Source: a virus | Taxonomy: Duplodnaviria > Caudoviricetes | IMG/VR virus record: IMGVR_UViG_3300050151_000071 | Span: 11,923-75,922 of that record | Direction: 5' to 3' (one strand) | Length of the DNA: 64,000 nucleotides | Shown here: in pieces, positions 16,366 to 25,743 of the stretch | Layout: each line of letters begins with the position of its first letter | Numbering within the stretch: the stretch's first letter is position 1 | The notes under the pieces: model-generated | Database searches by the model: none | Told to the model about the DNA's origin: nothing | The model's input: only the letters and a program-made list of their open reading frames with translations | Made by a program: the position numbers and the translations under genes

Positions 16366-16441
16366 TGGTCCTAATTCTTGGACTCGAACCAAGCCTAGCT
16401 GCTCCACAAACAGCCGTGCTAACCGCTAACACTAAATTAGG
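16366..16441 (-). tRNA. tRNA-His(GTG), A73, no G-1
   Basis: CCTAATT/AATTAGG acceptor; GCTGT-TTGTGGA-GCAGC; TTCGAGT; A + CCA. Confidence 0.92.
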
Positions 16442-16497
16442 TTATAGGGGCCGTATTGCCCCTTAATTCGCGACCCTACATTAGACTAGTATATAGG

Positions 16498-16743
16498 TCA
16501 ACCATTATTTATTTGACGCAAGATTGTGTCCATTGGAGTCGTTGTTCTAATCCTTTCAATGAAGGGGTTGTATCCGTCACTACCTTCTAAAGTAACTTCA
16601 GATATCCTGGCTTTGAAGCTGGTACCATCAGCAGCAGTTACAACAGCAAAGTCTTCCGTCTCTGCAATGTTACGGAGGCTATAAGCTGGAACAGCAGTGC
16701 GTGTTCCATTTTCTTTTAGTAGTGATATAAATCGTTCAGCCAT
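16498..16743 (-). CDS. Hypothetical protein
   Basis: ORF in tightly packed operon. Confidence 0.65.
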   Translation of the reverse strand: MAERFISLLKENGTRTAVPAYSLRNIAETEDFAVVTAADGTSFKARISEVTLEGSDGYNPFIERIRTTTPMDTILRQINNG

Positions 16744-16744
16744 A

Positions 16745-17047
16745 TTAGGTTCCTTGAAATTGTTCGTTAGTATAATCTACGCTGTCTGCTAAAATAATCC
16801 AGTCAGCTAACGTGGTTTTAAATTTATCGTCCCACGATAAAATAAGGGGACCGGTTTGATATACAGAGGATACGTAGTCTAGTTGATATAAGTCGTCTGT
16901 TGGTGTGTGGTGGAACAACCAATATGTTCCACCTTCTTCGTAAGAAGACCACCCTTGAACATCAACTAAATCCCAATCGGTAAAATCCACTTCTGGTAAC
17001 TCCTTTCGGAGTTCTTCCATCTCGCGGAACTTGGTTAGTGAGTTCAT
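16745..17047 (-). CDS. Hypothetical protein
   Basis: ORF in tightly packed operon. Confidence 0.65.
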   Translation of the reverse strand: MNSLTKFREMEELRKELPEVDFTDWDLVDVQGWSSYEEGGTYWLFHHTPTDDLYQLDYVSSVYQTGPLILSWDDKFKTTLADWIILADSVDYTNEQFQGT

Positions 17048-17244
17048 TATGAGGGATATACTTTGACAGCATATTCAACACCATCGTCATGATGAATCAT
17101 TCCCTTTGCTACGTCTGCGTTTATTGTAGCTTCACAGAAGATTTCAATACCTTCACATTGTTCACCTTGACCCTCAAACCAATCCAAGAAATTTTCAGCC
17201 ATTTCTTTGGTAGGAAAACCTGATAGAATTGCTTTATACGTCAT
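17047..17244 (-). CDS. Hypothetical protein
   Basis: ORF with stop/start overlap. Confidence 0.65.
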   Translation of the reverse strand: MTYKAILSGFPTKEMAENFLDWFEGQGEQCEGIEIFCEATINADVAKGMIHHDDGVEYAVKVYPS

Positions 17245-17265
17245 TTTGTTCCAGTGGGTTAAAAC

Positions 17266-17685
17266 TTAATATAAACTAGTATTGGTGGGTAAAGACTTCT
17301 GGACAGCATCTTGAAGCTCTTTTAGATATACAAGCTGCTCTTGTTGATCTGCTGACGGATGGCCGCCCAAACCTTCAATATTTTTGATTCGATTTTCTAG
17401 GTTTACGATATCCTCACACGCTCTTGTAAGGGCAGCTCGCTTATCGTTTTCACGATGCGTCACATACTCATGAAGAGCCCACAAAATATCTTTTTTATCA
17501 ACATCTTGCTTGTTGTGAAGCTTGAAGATGATACTACCCATACGACACTTATCAGCAGCTAACTGGTTAGCTCGCTCTTTAAAGTTTACAGGTCTAGCAA
17601 TGGGCGACTCAGTGGGTGATGGAAAACGACCGTATTGACGGCCATCATCATCGTAATCTCGACAAGGCATGGTGGGCTCTTCCAA
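17266..17685 (-). CDS. Hypothetical protein (MPCRDY-type; true start may be 17670)
   Basis: ORF in operon context. Confidence 0.65.
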   Translation of the reverse strand: MEEPTMPCRDYDDDGRQYGRFPSPTESPIARPVNFKERANQLAADKCRMGSIIFKLHNKQDVDKKDILWALHEYVTHRENDKRAALTRACEDIVNLENRIKNIEGLGGHPSADQQEQLVYLKELQDAVQKSLPTNTSLY

Positions 17686-18829
17686 TCAAATCAATTTTAG
17701 TTAAAGTGTAACGGCTTTCTTTCCACTGCTGGCGCAGATCAGCCAAAGCTTGGCCCACAATAGGACCAGCCATAATTTTATATTCATCCATGATGTCCTG
17801 ACCCCGAATAGGGAAGACAGGAACATAATAGCCTTCTACAAACACCGCGATGTCGGGACGCAGAGTCATAGCGCACAGACTGATGATATATTCAGTTGAA
17901 ACACCATCAACCAACCAATCCATAACTCGATCCAGAGTCAGGTTGACGTAGTACTTGTCGGCCAGCCAAACGATTTTGTTCGTTTCAGCTCGAGACATCT
18001 TCCAGCTGTTACAGAACTCGCGAGCTTCTACAGGACGGCCAGTGAAGAACTGAGCGACCACTGAACAAGCATCATCACTCCGATTCAACTCTTTGGCTAA
18101 GCCATCCAGCGGTAGGCCAATAGCTTTAGCCACGCCGTAATTATCCATCAAATGATACACGGATGCACGATCAGGATAAATAAAGAGCTTTTGCATCTCT
18201 AGCCAAACACGCTCACGGCTGATTTGTTTCAGTCCTTCAAGTGAGGCGTGTTGAGATATGATGTCACAATCGTTCCAATCCATATCAGCGGAGAAACGTG
18301 CAGCAAAACGGAAGTAGCGCAGAATCCGCAGATAGTCTTCTTGGATTCGAGTTTTGGTGTCACCCACGAACCGAACGATGTTATTCTTCAGATCATCGAT
18401 GCCACCAAAGTAGTCATAGACTGTACCATCAAAGTCCATGCTCATTGCGTTCATTGTCAGATCCCGACGTGCAGCATCTTGTTCAAACGACGTGGTGTAT
18501 TCGACTTCTGCGTGCCGACCATCAGTATCATTATCGATACGCAGGGTGGTGATTTCGAACGGCTCGTGATCTACAACGAACGTCACAGTGCCATGCTGCA
18601 GACCAGTCGGAACTACTGTGAAACCAGCTTCCTTACCGATCTCAACCAGTTTCTCGGGCAGAGCATCCGTACACATATCGCAATCTTTAGGCTTCTCGCC
18701 TAAGATCAAATCTCGGACAAAGCCACCGACAGGGCGTAGTGAAAATCCACGAGACGTAATAGCGTCGTGGATTTTCAGCATCTGAGGATTTGTGATCGGA
18801 TCTAGTTTCATAGATCCTTTATAGAGCAT
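17648..18829 (-). CDS. cca: tRNA nucleotidyltransferase (CCA-adding enzyme / poly(A) polymerase family)
   Basis: VGGFVRD, KDCD, DAARRDLTMNAM, EDYLRILRYFRF. Confidence 0.92.
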   Translation of the reverse strand: MLYKGSMKLDPITNPQMLKIHDAITSRGFSLRPVGGFVRDLILGEKPKDCDMCTDALPEKLVEIGKEAGFTVVPTGLQHGTVTFVVDHEPFEITTLRIDNDTDGRHAEVEYTTSFEQDAARRDLTMNAMSMDFDGTVYDYFGGIDDLKNNIVRFVGDTKTRIQEDYLRILRYFRFAARFSADMDWNDCDIISQHASLEGLKQISRERVWLEMQKLFIYPDRASVYHLMDNYGVAKAIGLPLDGLAKELNRSDDACSVVAQFFTGRPVEAREFCNSWKMSRAETNKIVWLADKYYVNLTLDRVMDWLVDGVSTEYIISLCAMTLRPDIAVFVEGYYVPVFPIRGQDIMDEYKIMAGPIVGQALADLRQQWKESRYTLTKIDLIGRAHHALSRLR

Positions 18830-18847
18830 TCGATCTTAAATGTCAAC

Positions 18848-19114
18848 TCAAAATCCCATCTTTTGTCTGCCACGAGGCGGTGCCCCAATCTTAGCTTGTT
18901 GCCAGATGGTCAAACAAGAACCATAATCGAGAGGTGGAAAGAACACTCTACCTTGACAAGACATCGCTACTCTTGGCGACATCTCATTTTCTGATTCTCT
19001 ATCGTGATAAATCGCTCCTACTTCCAAAAGGTCAACGACGTAAACCGAATCATCATCTTCTTTCCAAGACAAGAACGAATCTTCAATCTTGTACGAATCG
19101 ATGGTCAATCCCAT
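18848..19114 (-). CDS. Hypothetical protein
   Basis: 88-aa ORF. Confidence 0.6.
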   Translation of the reverse strand: MGLTIDSYKIEDSFLSWKEDDDSVYVVDLLEVGAIYHDRESENEMSPRVAMSCQGRVFFPPLDYGSCLTIWQQAKIGAPPRGRQKMGF

Positions 19115-19217
19115 TTGAATACCCTTATTCTCGAGGTTGTTTCTTATGAGATAAGATTAGTCAAAATTGAATTTGAGATCAACAGAAAATTTTCACGAAA
19201 GGGTCTACTCGGGCACT

Positions 19218-19685
19218 TTAGTCCTTTAGATCGGTTACGAACTCATCTGCCAGGACTATAGGGAAAGTAGGGAGTGGATACTTCGACACATCAGGAGCCT
19301 CGGGTAGAATTCCCGTTAAGGTGATGTGCGGAAGATAGTCATCAAAGTCGTACGTTGCACCCAGCTTTTGGGATTCTGCAAAGCGTTTATGGAGCTCAGG
19401 GCTTTCAACGCGCAGTACCAGGAGGCAACTTTTGCTTTTTTGTGTGTTGAACACTTGATATGAAACAGGCTCAACAACGATGTTACGACCCACGTCCGGC
19501 GTATAATCAACCGGTGCTCTTGAATACATTGTAGTAATGTGGTAGTCGTTCGGCAGAACTGGATTAGGAATACCAAGTTCTTTAACAAAAGTCATTAGTT
19601 GTTGTGCACTATGGTCTGTTAAATGGTATGCTGAATACGTGCCATTTGTATTAGCTTCTTCTATGAATGTTTTAAACGGTGTCAT
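19218..19685 (-). CDS. acb1: 2H phosphoesterase, anti-CBASS Acb1 / T4 gp57B-like
   Basis: PNPV...HITTMYSR and LGATYDFDDYLPHITL match T4 57B (HSTICYSR; LGATHDFDDYTPHITL). Confidence 0.85.
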   Translation of the reverse strand: MTPFKTFIEEANTNGTYSAYHLTDHSAQQLMTFVKELGIPNPVLPNDYHITTMYSRAPVDYTPDVGRNIVVEPVSYQVFNTQKSKSCLLVLRVESPELHKRFAESQKLGATYDFDDYLPHITLTGILPEAPDVSKYPLPTFPIVLADEFVTDLKD

Positions 19686-20217
19686 CTTCCGGCTTTTGTT
19701 CTTCCTCCGGTTGTAGTTCTTGTTGTAAAAACTCACCGATTAAATTGGCTAATTGAATTCGTTGCATTCCGGTAAGAGGGAGACATTCTTGAAGTGCATC
19801 AACCAGCTCATCTTCTTCTGGAACGTCTTCGAAATATCCACACATATCCATAATAAGTTCGAACATCTGTTCGTCGTCAATCGTGTTCCATTGTAAGATA
19901 TCTTTTACATCGAACCGACCCTGGTGTTCACCCATATCAGGATGCGTACCCACGATCACATCAAGTTCTTCGTTTTCGGGTTGATACACCAAGAACATAT
20001 CAGAAATTTCAGGATGCTGAAATGCTAGGTCGTGCGGTAGAGTGTTATTGTCCACAATGTATTGAACAGCCTCTTCAGCATCACCTCGAATGATGAAGTT
20101 CTTGTTGGCTAAAATTCCAACAATAGCTGCTTGGTTATGGAGCTTTAAGCTAAACTCTTCAGCATTTATAAGTCCAATCGGTTCCAGCAAACATGCTGGA
20201 TCGTACGCATATATCAC
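19672..20217 (-). CDS. Hypothetical acidic protein
   Basis: 181-aa ORF. Confidence 0.6.
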   Translation of the reverse strand: MIYAYDPACLLEPIGLINAEEFSLKLHNQAAIVGILANKNFIIRGDAEEAVQYIVDNNTLPHDLAFQHPEISDMFLVYQPENEELDVIVGTHPDMGEHQGRFDVKDILQWNTIDDEQMFELIMDMCGYFEDVPEEDELVDALQECLPLTGMQRIQLANLIGEFLQQELQPEEEQKPEDDTV

Positions 20218-20236
20218 TAATTACTCTTTTCAACTC

Positions 20237-20449
20237 TTACTTGTTTAGATGACTATCATACCAGTCGTGAATCGTATCTTGTGTATCGATAAGCAACAAC
20301 GCAAACATCACGACTAGAAAAATGAAATTGAATATGTTGTGAGGTCCAATCATAGCGACCACAAATAACATTGGGCCTACTATGATTGGACTCAGCAGAA
20401 ATAACAGCGTGGTTCCTAAACTGGGGCGCTTAAGTCTACAATTTTCCAT
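20237..20449 (-). CDS. Small membrane protein
   Basis: Two hydrophobic segments; start moved to MENCRL to limit overlap. Confidence 0.5.
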   Translation of the reverse strand: MENCRLKRPSLGTTLLFLLSPIIVGPMLFVVAMIGPHNIFNFIFLVVMFALLLIDTQDTIHDWYDSHLNK

Positions 20450-21210
20450 GATACGTCTCTGTTCTCGCCGGGATAGCCCATTGGATTGCAAAACAACTTT
20501 GTTCCACAAGGATGAGGTTTGTTGTACTGTGAATGGGTGTGTCCAAAGAACCACGCTTCAACGTTATAATCCATCATCAGATCATCCATATCAACCGTGA
20601 AGTAGGGGTTGAGGGGACTGTTATGATAAATTGGATCAATCGCAAGTTGTGTAGGAACGAAGTGAGTCATCACAACGCACCGGCGATCAGCGTGAGCTTC
20701 AAGTTGCTTCTGAATAAAAGTGCGTTCGAGAAGGTGCATTTTGATATGATCTTGAACTGACCAATATCCCTCTAAACCGTTATCGAAATTGACTCGAATC
20801 ACCCCAAAGTCGGCAATACTACCTGCAAAGTATGCATCAGTGATGCGGGGATCCGTATAGCCACGAAGAGTCAAGGAGGACCATAAGGTAGCTCCTATCA
20901 AAACAAACTCACCCAGATCCACTGATCCTGGGTTCAGGATCGTTAGACGGTCAGCGTGGTCTTCTGCGAATTGCTCAAAGTCTGTTTGCAGAAGTGAGTA
21001 ATTTTGCCTGTAATACTCGTGGTTGCCTGGCAACGTATAGACGTGCTTATCTTCAGGGAAGGTCTTGAGTATCCATTCGAGGCCAGCCATGCCGAGACCA
21101 ATGTCTCCAGGCAGGAAAACAACATCGTACGTATCAGGGTTCGGAAGCGCAGGAATACGTTCCAATCGCTTGAACTCTGTGTGAATATCACTTGCGTACA
21201 AGATTCTCAT
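20416..21210 (-). CDS. Calcineurin-like metallophosphoesterase
   Basis: SDIH, PGDI, GNHE, THF and GHTH motifs. Confidence 0.9.
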   Translation of the reverse strand: MRILYASDIHTEFKRLERIPALPNPDTYDVVFLPGDIGLGMAGLEWILKTFPEDKHVYTLPGNHEYYRQNYSLLQTDFEQFAEDHADRLTILNPGSVDLGEFVLIGATLWSSLTLRGYTDPRITDAYFAGSIADFGVIRVNFDNGLEGYWSVQDHIKMHLLERTFIQKQLEAHADRRCVVMTHFVPTQLAIDPIYHNSPLNPYFTVDMDDLMMDYNVEAWFFGHTHSQYNKPHPCGTKLFCNPMGYPGENRDVSWKIVDLSAPV

Positions 21211-21351
21211 AATGACCTCATGTGGTTTGAATATTGCCCCCGCCTCGGCAATAGACGCTCTGGTCTCGCACAACCAGCTTCCCTATTCATCACGACTTAT
21301 CGGGAACACCGCGCGCAATTGACCTTATTATAGATTATCTTTGAGAAAAGA

Positions 21352-21624
21352 TCAACTTTTCTTTTTCTCGGGTCTAAGTTGGTCGTCAACTTTACCCTTT
21401 ATCGCGTCCAACATTCTTTCATCTTCTTTGACAAAATTGTTGTAACGTTCTAGTATCTTCGTTTGAGCACGCTTGACATCTTTTTCTTCATGGACACCCT
21501 GAATGAAATCTTTCAACTCAGTCAGCATGTCCAATCTTCGGACTGCCAGGACAATCATAGGACTAGTCACCTCTATCGTTGTTAAACGGAGATTGTGAAA
21601 GTATTCGTCCCAAGTCATATCCAT
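21352..21624 (-). CDS. Hypothetical protein
   Basis: 90-aa ORF. Confidence 0.6.
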   Translation of the reverse strand: MDMTWDEYFHNLRLTTIEVTSPMIVLAVRRLDMLTELKDFIQGVHEEKDVKRAQTKILERYNNFVKEDERMLDAIKGKVDDQLRPEKKKS

Positions 21625-21644
21625 ATGCGTACTCTTACTTAAAA

Positions 21645-21736
21645 TGGCGGCTAGACAGGGATTCGAACCCTGGGGACCCCTTTCGGGGTCCGGGCGTTTA
21701 GCAAACGCCTGCCATAGACCTCTCGGCCACCTAGCC
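21645..21736 (-). tRNA. tRNA-Ser(GCT)
   Basis: Cloverleaf with long variable arm; GGCGT-TTGCTAA-ACGCC; G73; CCA. Confidence 0.95.
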
Positions 21737-22312
21737 TTATTGTACTTCCGGCATGAACGAGTATTTCAACACAAGGAACTTGTCCTCGCCTTGCTCTACT
21801 AGCTCACCAATATATAGCGGACGCTCTGTTGCATAACGTCCAAACTCTGCAGCTTCATCTAAATCAGAGAAGCTCTTTAACACGTCATTTAATTTTCTGC
21901 CGTGTTCGGTTAGCTGAGAATCTAAATCAGATTGACGGACAGCAACAAACTTCCCGGTGAATCTGATTGGCTCAACTTGTTCTTCGATTGAAGAGATATC
22001 TTCATCTAAAATTAGATCAGAATCAATGGTTGTTTCTTCAGAAACTTCAGTTTCTTCTGGGTAGCTATCGCCTTGATGTCCTATTTCAAATTCATGATTA
22101 GGAACATTTGAGTGGCTCAACATTCCAACAAGTTCGAGAGTGCGTAGAAGCACGTGGCTCCCATCTTCACCCTCGATCAAGTTGTTTAGATACTTCTTAG
22201 CTAGTTGAAGTAGCTCCGCCGCATAAACCATTGTTTCTTGCGGAGTCAATGGTTCATGTGTTTTGATTTCGTCTAAGATTCCATCAACAGAAGTTGACAT
22301 AACATACTCCAA
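21737..22312 (-). CDS. Hypothetical acidic protein
   Basis: 191-aa ORF; CTAAATA motif upstream (22326-22332). Confidence 0.65.
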   Translation of the reverse strand: MEYVMSTSVDGILDEIKTHEPLTPQETMVYAAELLQLAKKYLNNLIEGEDGSHVLLRTLELVGMLSHSNVPNHEFEIGHQGDSYPEETEVSEETTIDSDLILDEDISSIEEQVEPIRFTGKFVAVRQSDLDSQLTEHGRKLNDVLKSFSDLDEAAEFGRYATERPLYIGELVEQGEDKFLVLKYSFMPEVQ

Positions 22313-22328
22313 GTGTCTTTTGAAGTAT

Positions 22329-22565
22329 TTAGGACTTCGACATGTATTCTTGGGCTAGATTTTGCATTTCTAATCCAACATCCACTTTAGTGGTAGAAGT
22401 TTTCATTAATCTAACAGGCTCTGAAAGAACCATATTGGTCGGAACACTTGGACCCAATGTACGACCGTTAATCGAAACGGTAATATATTGCCGGCCAGCA
22501 ACGTAGTTGATTTGTTCCGGCGACATGTTGAAATTAGTTTTCTTGGTGTAATCCATCTCAATCAT
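22329..22565 (-). CDS. Hypothetical protein
   Basis: Start moved to overlap the upstream stop. Confidence 0.5.
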   Translation of the reverse strand: MIEMDYTKKTNFNMSPEQINYVAGRQYITVSINGRTLGPSVPTNMVLSEPVRLMKTSTTKVDVGLEMQNLAQEYMSKS

Positions 22566-22884
22566 ACTTTGCTGCGTCATACGTCTTGGAACAATGCTCA
22601 TTAACGATGTCGTTAGTTGCAGCAGGACAACCTTGAACACCATAGGTACTAAGTGTTCTAATAGCTGTAGCAGCAACTTGAACGATTTCGGATAAAGCTG
22701 ACTGTCTACCAACCCGAGGGCCTTTAGTCCAACCTTCTTCAGCTTCCGCTAGCTCGTTCTTCATTACGAGAATCATACCTGGGAGAGACTGTTCTTTGTC
22801 TACTCCCCACTTACGATTTTGATATTCCATTTCAGTTTCAATCGCATCGATTACAAACTGCGGAATAATGCTTATTGTGTTCAT
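22558..22884 (-). CDS. MazG-like all-alpha NTP pyrophosphatase (tentative)
   Basis: AIETEMEYQNRKWG...ELAE...EIVQVAA pattern. Confidence 0.55.
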   Translation of the reverse strand: MNTISIIPQFVIDAIETEMEYQNRKWGVDKEQSLPGMILVMKNELAEAEEGWTKGPRVGRQSALSEIVQVAATAIRTLSTYGVQGCPAATNDIVNEHCSKTYDAAKYD

Positions 22885-23132
22885 GGAATATCCCCAATAG
22901 CTGCAAGATACAGATCAACAATAGCTTGCTCTTGTTCGATCTCTGCCTTGTTCTTCTTGCGTAGTTTGATGATCTTACGCACGGCCTTGGAATCGAAGCC
23001 TTCACCCTTTAGTTCTGAGTAGATTTCTTTCTTGTCGGTGCGTAGATCTTCTTCGTCTTGTTCAACCTTTTCGATGCGCTCAATGAAACCTTTTAGGCGT
23101 TCACGTGTTGCTTTGTTAATCGAATCGGGCAC
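22881..23132 (-). CDS. gapR: GapR/DUF2312 nucleoid-associated DNA-binding protein
   Basis: LKGFIERIE...KEIYSELKGEGFDSKAVRKIIKLRK...DLYLAAIG. Confidence 0.9.
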   Translation of the reverse strand: MPDSINKATRERLKGFIERIEKVEQDEEDLRTDKKEIYSELKGEGFDSKAVRKIIKLRKKNKAEIEQEQAIVDLYLAAIGDIP

Positions 23133-23136
23133 TTCG

Positions 23137-23484
23137 TCAGTCTTTGGTATTCCTATAAATGTAATCGTTTAAATTTGGTGCCCACGTTATAAGGATTTGC
23201 TTATCGAGGAAAAAACGACCCTCGAACAAGTAATAGCCATATCCGTGATCTAATAGAACTTCTAAAACGTGATGGAGTTGAGAGTTAGCTCTTTGATCAA
23301 AGAAGTCACAAACGGCCACTTCTCCAACTATAGATTTTAAACCTATTTGTTTAGAATTATAATGTTCTGATACTTCTGCTGTACAAGCGTCTGTTATTAG
23401 CTTAACTGTATCAGGAACACTAAGTCTTTTAAGATCTTCTGCAAGAACACATAAATCCTTAGCTGTTATCACTCGCGGTTCCAT
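23137..23484 (-). CDS. Hypothetical protein
   Basis: Start moved to MEPRVI. Confidence 0.5.
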   Translation of the reverse strand: MEPRVITAKDLCVLAEDLKRLSVPDTVKLITDACTAEVSEHYNSKQIGLKSIVGEVAVCDFFDQRANSQLHHVLEVLLDHGYGYYLFEGRFFLDKQILITWAPNLNDYIYRNTKD

Positions 23485-24703
23485 CCCAAATGTTCCATAC
23501 TGGTAAGCTGTCATTGAAGATGCCTTTACGGCACAGCTTGTCAAAATCTGTGTCTGACTTATCGCACATCTTCAAGATGATCTCTTTGAAAGAGTCAGCA
23601 ATCATTAGGTGCGGATGGAACGGATAATCGTTCCGTCTGTCAAACAGTTTAAAGCCAATTGTCCGAGTAATGTGATCAGAATCAATTGTGCTGATCGCGA
23701 AGTCCTTCTTCGTCTCAAAAGTACGAAGAGCCTCGTATAGAGACAACGCAATACCTTCTAAACGTTCTTCATACTGCATAACGAATTGCTTAGCGTAAGC
23801 CTCAAGCTTCGGACGTACGTGGTCTGGAACCAGACCCAAAGCATCATCGATCCGTTCGTTGAGGATAAGACCCACAACGTACTTCTCTTTGGCGATAGCT
23901 TCACGGTTCTTGTGGAGGTCCATGTACCAAAGGCTTTTTACCTTCAGACGATCTCCGTTACGCAGTTCTACAACTACACCTTCGGTTCCCTCAAGCTCTC
24001 GTACTTGATCGACCAATGAAGCATTATCCGATACTTCCCAGCGTTTTACAACAGGGATATTGAAGCAAGATGCGAGGCTAGCCATCTTATCATACGACAT
24101 GTATTCACCAGTATTGATGTCACGAACCGCAAGAAGAGACATTGTTTCTTCAGGGTGGTTTACAACGATCCGATGCTTCGGCGCCATGTATTCAAAGATG
24201 GGAGTCATGTTCCGCTGAGAGATGAGAATACCAGCAAAGTCGTGATATTTCTTCATCATTTTACCGGAGGTCAGGGTGCTTTCCATAGTGGAACGCTGAA
24301 CGAAGGATCGCAAGTCGTCAGTCATATGGGTGAGGCCCATCTTGGTACCCCAAACCAGATCACCGTTCAGAAAGAACGGAGCAACCATAGACCCATCAAG
24401 CTTGTCATACACAGCCACGATCTCGTTGAGATCGATGTCGCGAGACTCCATGCGCTCTCCGAAGTTGAAGAACTTATGCAGGGGACGTCGTAGAATCTTA
24501 CCAGTCTTCGCACAGAAAATCATACCGCGACATTCACGAAGAATGGCAGCTTCATGTCCCACTGATAGGTCCGGGAACACTGACATGATCGATCGATAGT
24601 TGACTACAAGATAGTCACCTTTATCAGCAATGTAGAATGCTTCATCAGGTTGCGCCTCAACATAGAGACGCACATCATCGATGTGTTCAATTTTAGGAAA
24701 CAT
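23459..24703 (-). CDS. rnlA: RNA ligase 1 (T4 Rnl1-like)
   Basis: RECRG, LHKFFNFGE, KLDGSM, FEY, EGVV, LKVK motifs. Confidence 0.9.
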   Translation of the reverse strand: MFPKIEHIDDVRLYVEAQPDEAFYIADKGDYLVVNYRSIMSVFPDLSVGHEAAILRECRGMIFCAKTGKILRRPLHKFFNFGERMESRDIDLNEIVAVYDKLDGSMVAPFFLNGDLVWGTKMGLTHMTDDLRSFVQRSTMESTLTSGKMMKKYHDFAGILISQRNMTPIFEYMAPKHRIVVNHPEETMSLLAVRDINTGEYMSYDKMASLASCFNIPVVKRWEVSDNASLVDQVRELEGTEGVVVELRNGDRLKVKSLWYMDLHKNREAIAKEKYVVGLILNERIDDALGLVPDHVRPKLEAYAKQFVMQYEERLEGIALSLYEALRTFETKKDFAISTIDSDHITRTIGFKLFDRRNDYPFHPHLMIADSFKEIILKMCDKSDTDFDKLCRKGIFNDSLPVWNIWDGTASDNS

Positions 24704-24760
24704 AGATCACCTCTTTTGCATCTTTATGCTAAGATACAAGATCTTGCATAAAATGTCAAG

Positions 24761-24925
24761 CTAATTCCAGTGGTGAATTGCGTTTGCGATAATAAAACCG
24801 CAAGTGATTAAGTTTATGATTATCCACAAACTTCTAAAGATCGCAGCACAATCTGCCTCACAATCACTATCAGATATTTTATATCCTATAGTCTTGGCCC
24901 ATATACGCCAATACTTTTTAATCAT
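24761..24925 (-). CDS. Small conserved membrane protein of T4-like phages (54 aa)
   Basis: MIKKYWRIWAKTIG...EAD...IIANAIHHWN; not in the ORF track. Confidence 0.7.
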   Translation of the reverse strand: MIKKYWRIWAKTIGYKISDSDCEADCAAIFRSLWIIINLITCGFIIANAIHHWN

Positions 24926-24928
24926 TGA

Positions 24929-25216
24929 TTACATATTACGTTCGTAATTATCCCAATCAAAGTCATCTCTTTGATCGTCGTCTTCATCTTCCTCATCATC
25001 TTCACCAATAGCTTCTGCTATAGCGTCATCCGTTGGTGGAGTCCAGTTAAGGATTTGTCCAGTGTCGAGATCGATTTCCATCTCGATGTCATCGCCCCCA
25101 CCAATGCCTAAACCGCAAGGAGGATAGCCTTCAATTTCGTATTGTTTGCCATCAATGTTTAACGTGGCACTGAACAAGTCAGAGCACTTCGCATAGAACG
25201 AAATAGTTCTTATCAT
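24929..25216 (-). CDS. Hypothetical protein with acidic tail
   Basis: ORF in operon context. Confidence 0.65.
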   Translation of the reverse strand: MIRTISFYAKCSDLFSATLNIDGKQYEIEGYPPCGLGIGGGDDIEMEIDLDTGQILNWTPPTDDAIAEAIGEDDEEDEDDDQRDDFDWDNYERNM

Positions 25217-25278
25217 AATATATCTCAAAGTGGAAGAGAGAAGGTTTGTTTAAAGGTTGCGTGTACCTAAATAGATGT

Positions 25279-25743
25279 ATGAAACATAGATACACAGAAG
25301 AACAACTGAGAGCTGTAATTGAAACGTCGTATTCTGTACGACATGTGTTACAACAACTAGGAATTGCTGCTCAAGGCGGCAACTATAAAGTGATCTACAA
25401 ATTTGCTAAAGAATACAACATAAGTTTGGATCACTTCACTGGTAAAGTGTGGAGTAAAGGAAAAACTCTTACTCCACGTAGAGACATTCAAGATTACCTC
25501 TCGAACAAATTTCCATGCAACTCCGGTAGACTCAAAAAACGATTAATATCTGAAGGGTTCTTTACTGATCAATGTAGTAGCTGTCAGTTGAGTAAATGGC
25601 TCGGGAATCCAATTCCATTAGAGTTGGATCATGTTGATGGGAACAGTGATGATAACAGTTTGAGTAACCTGAGATTACTATGTCCCAATTGTCACGCTCT
25701 AACTCCAACCTATAGAGGTAAGAATCAGAAGCGTTGTAAATAA
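25279..25743 (+). mobile_element. Free-standing HNH homing endonuclease
   Basis: CSSC...LELDHVDG...NLRLLCPNCH; plus strand; CTAAATA at 25267. Confidence 0.88.
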
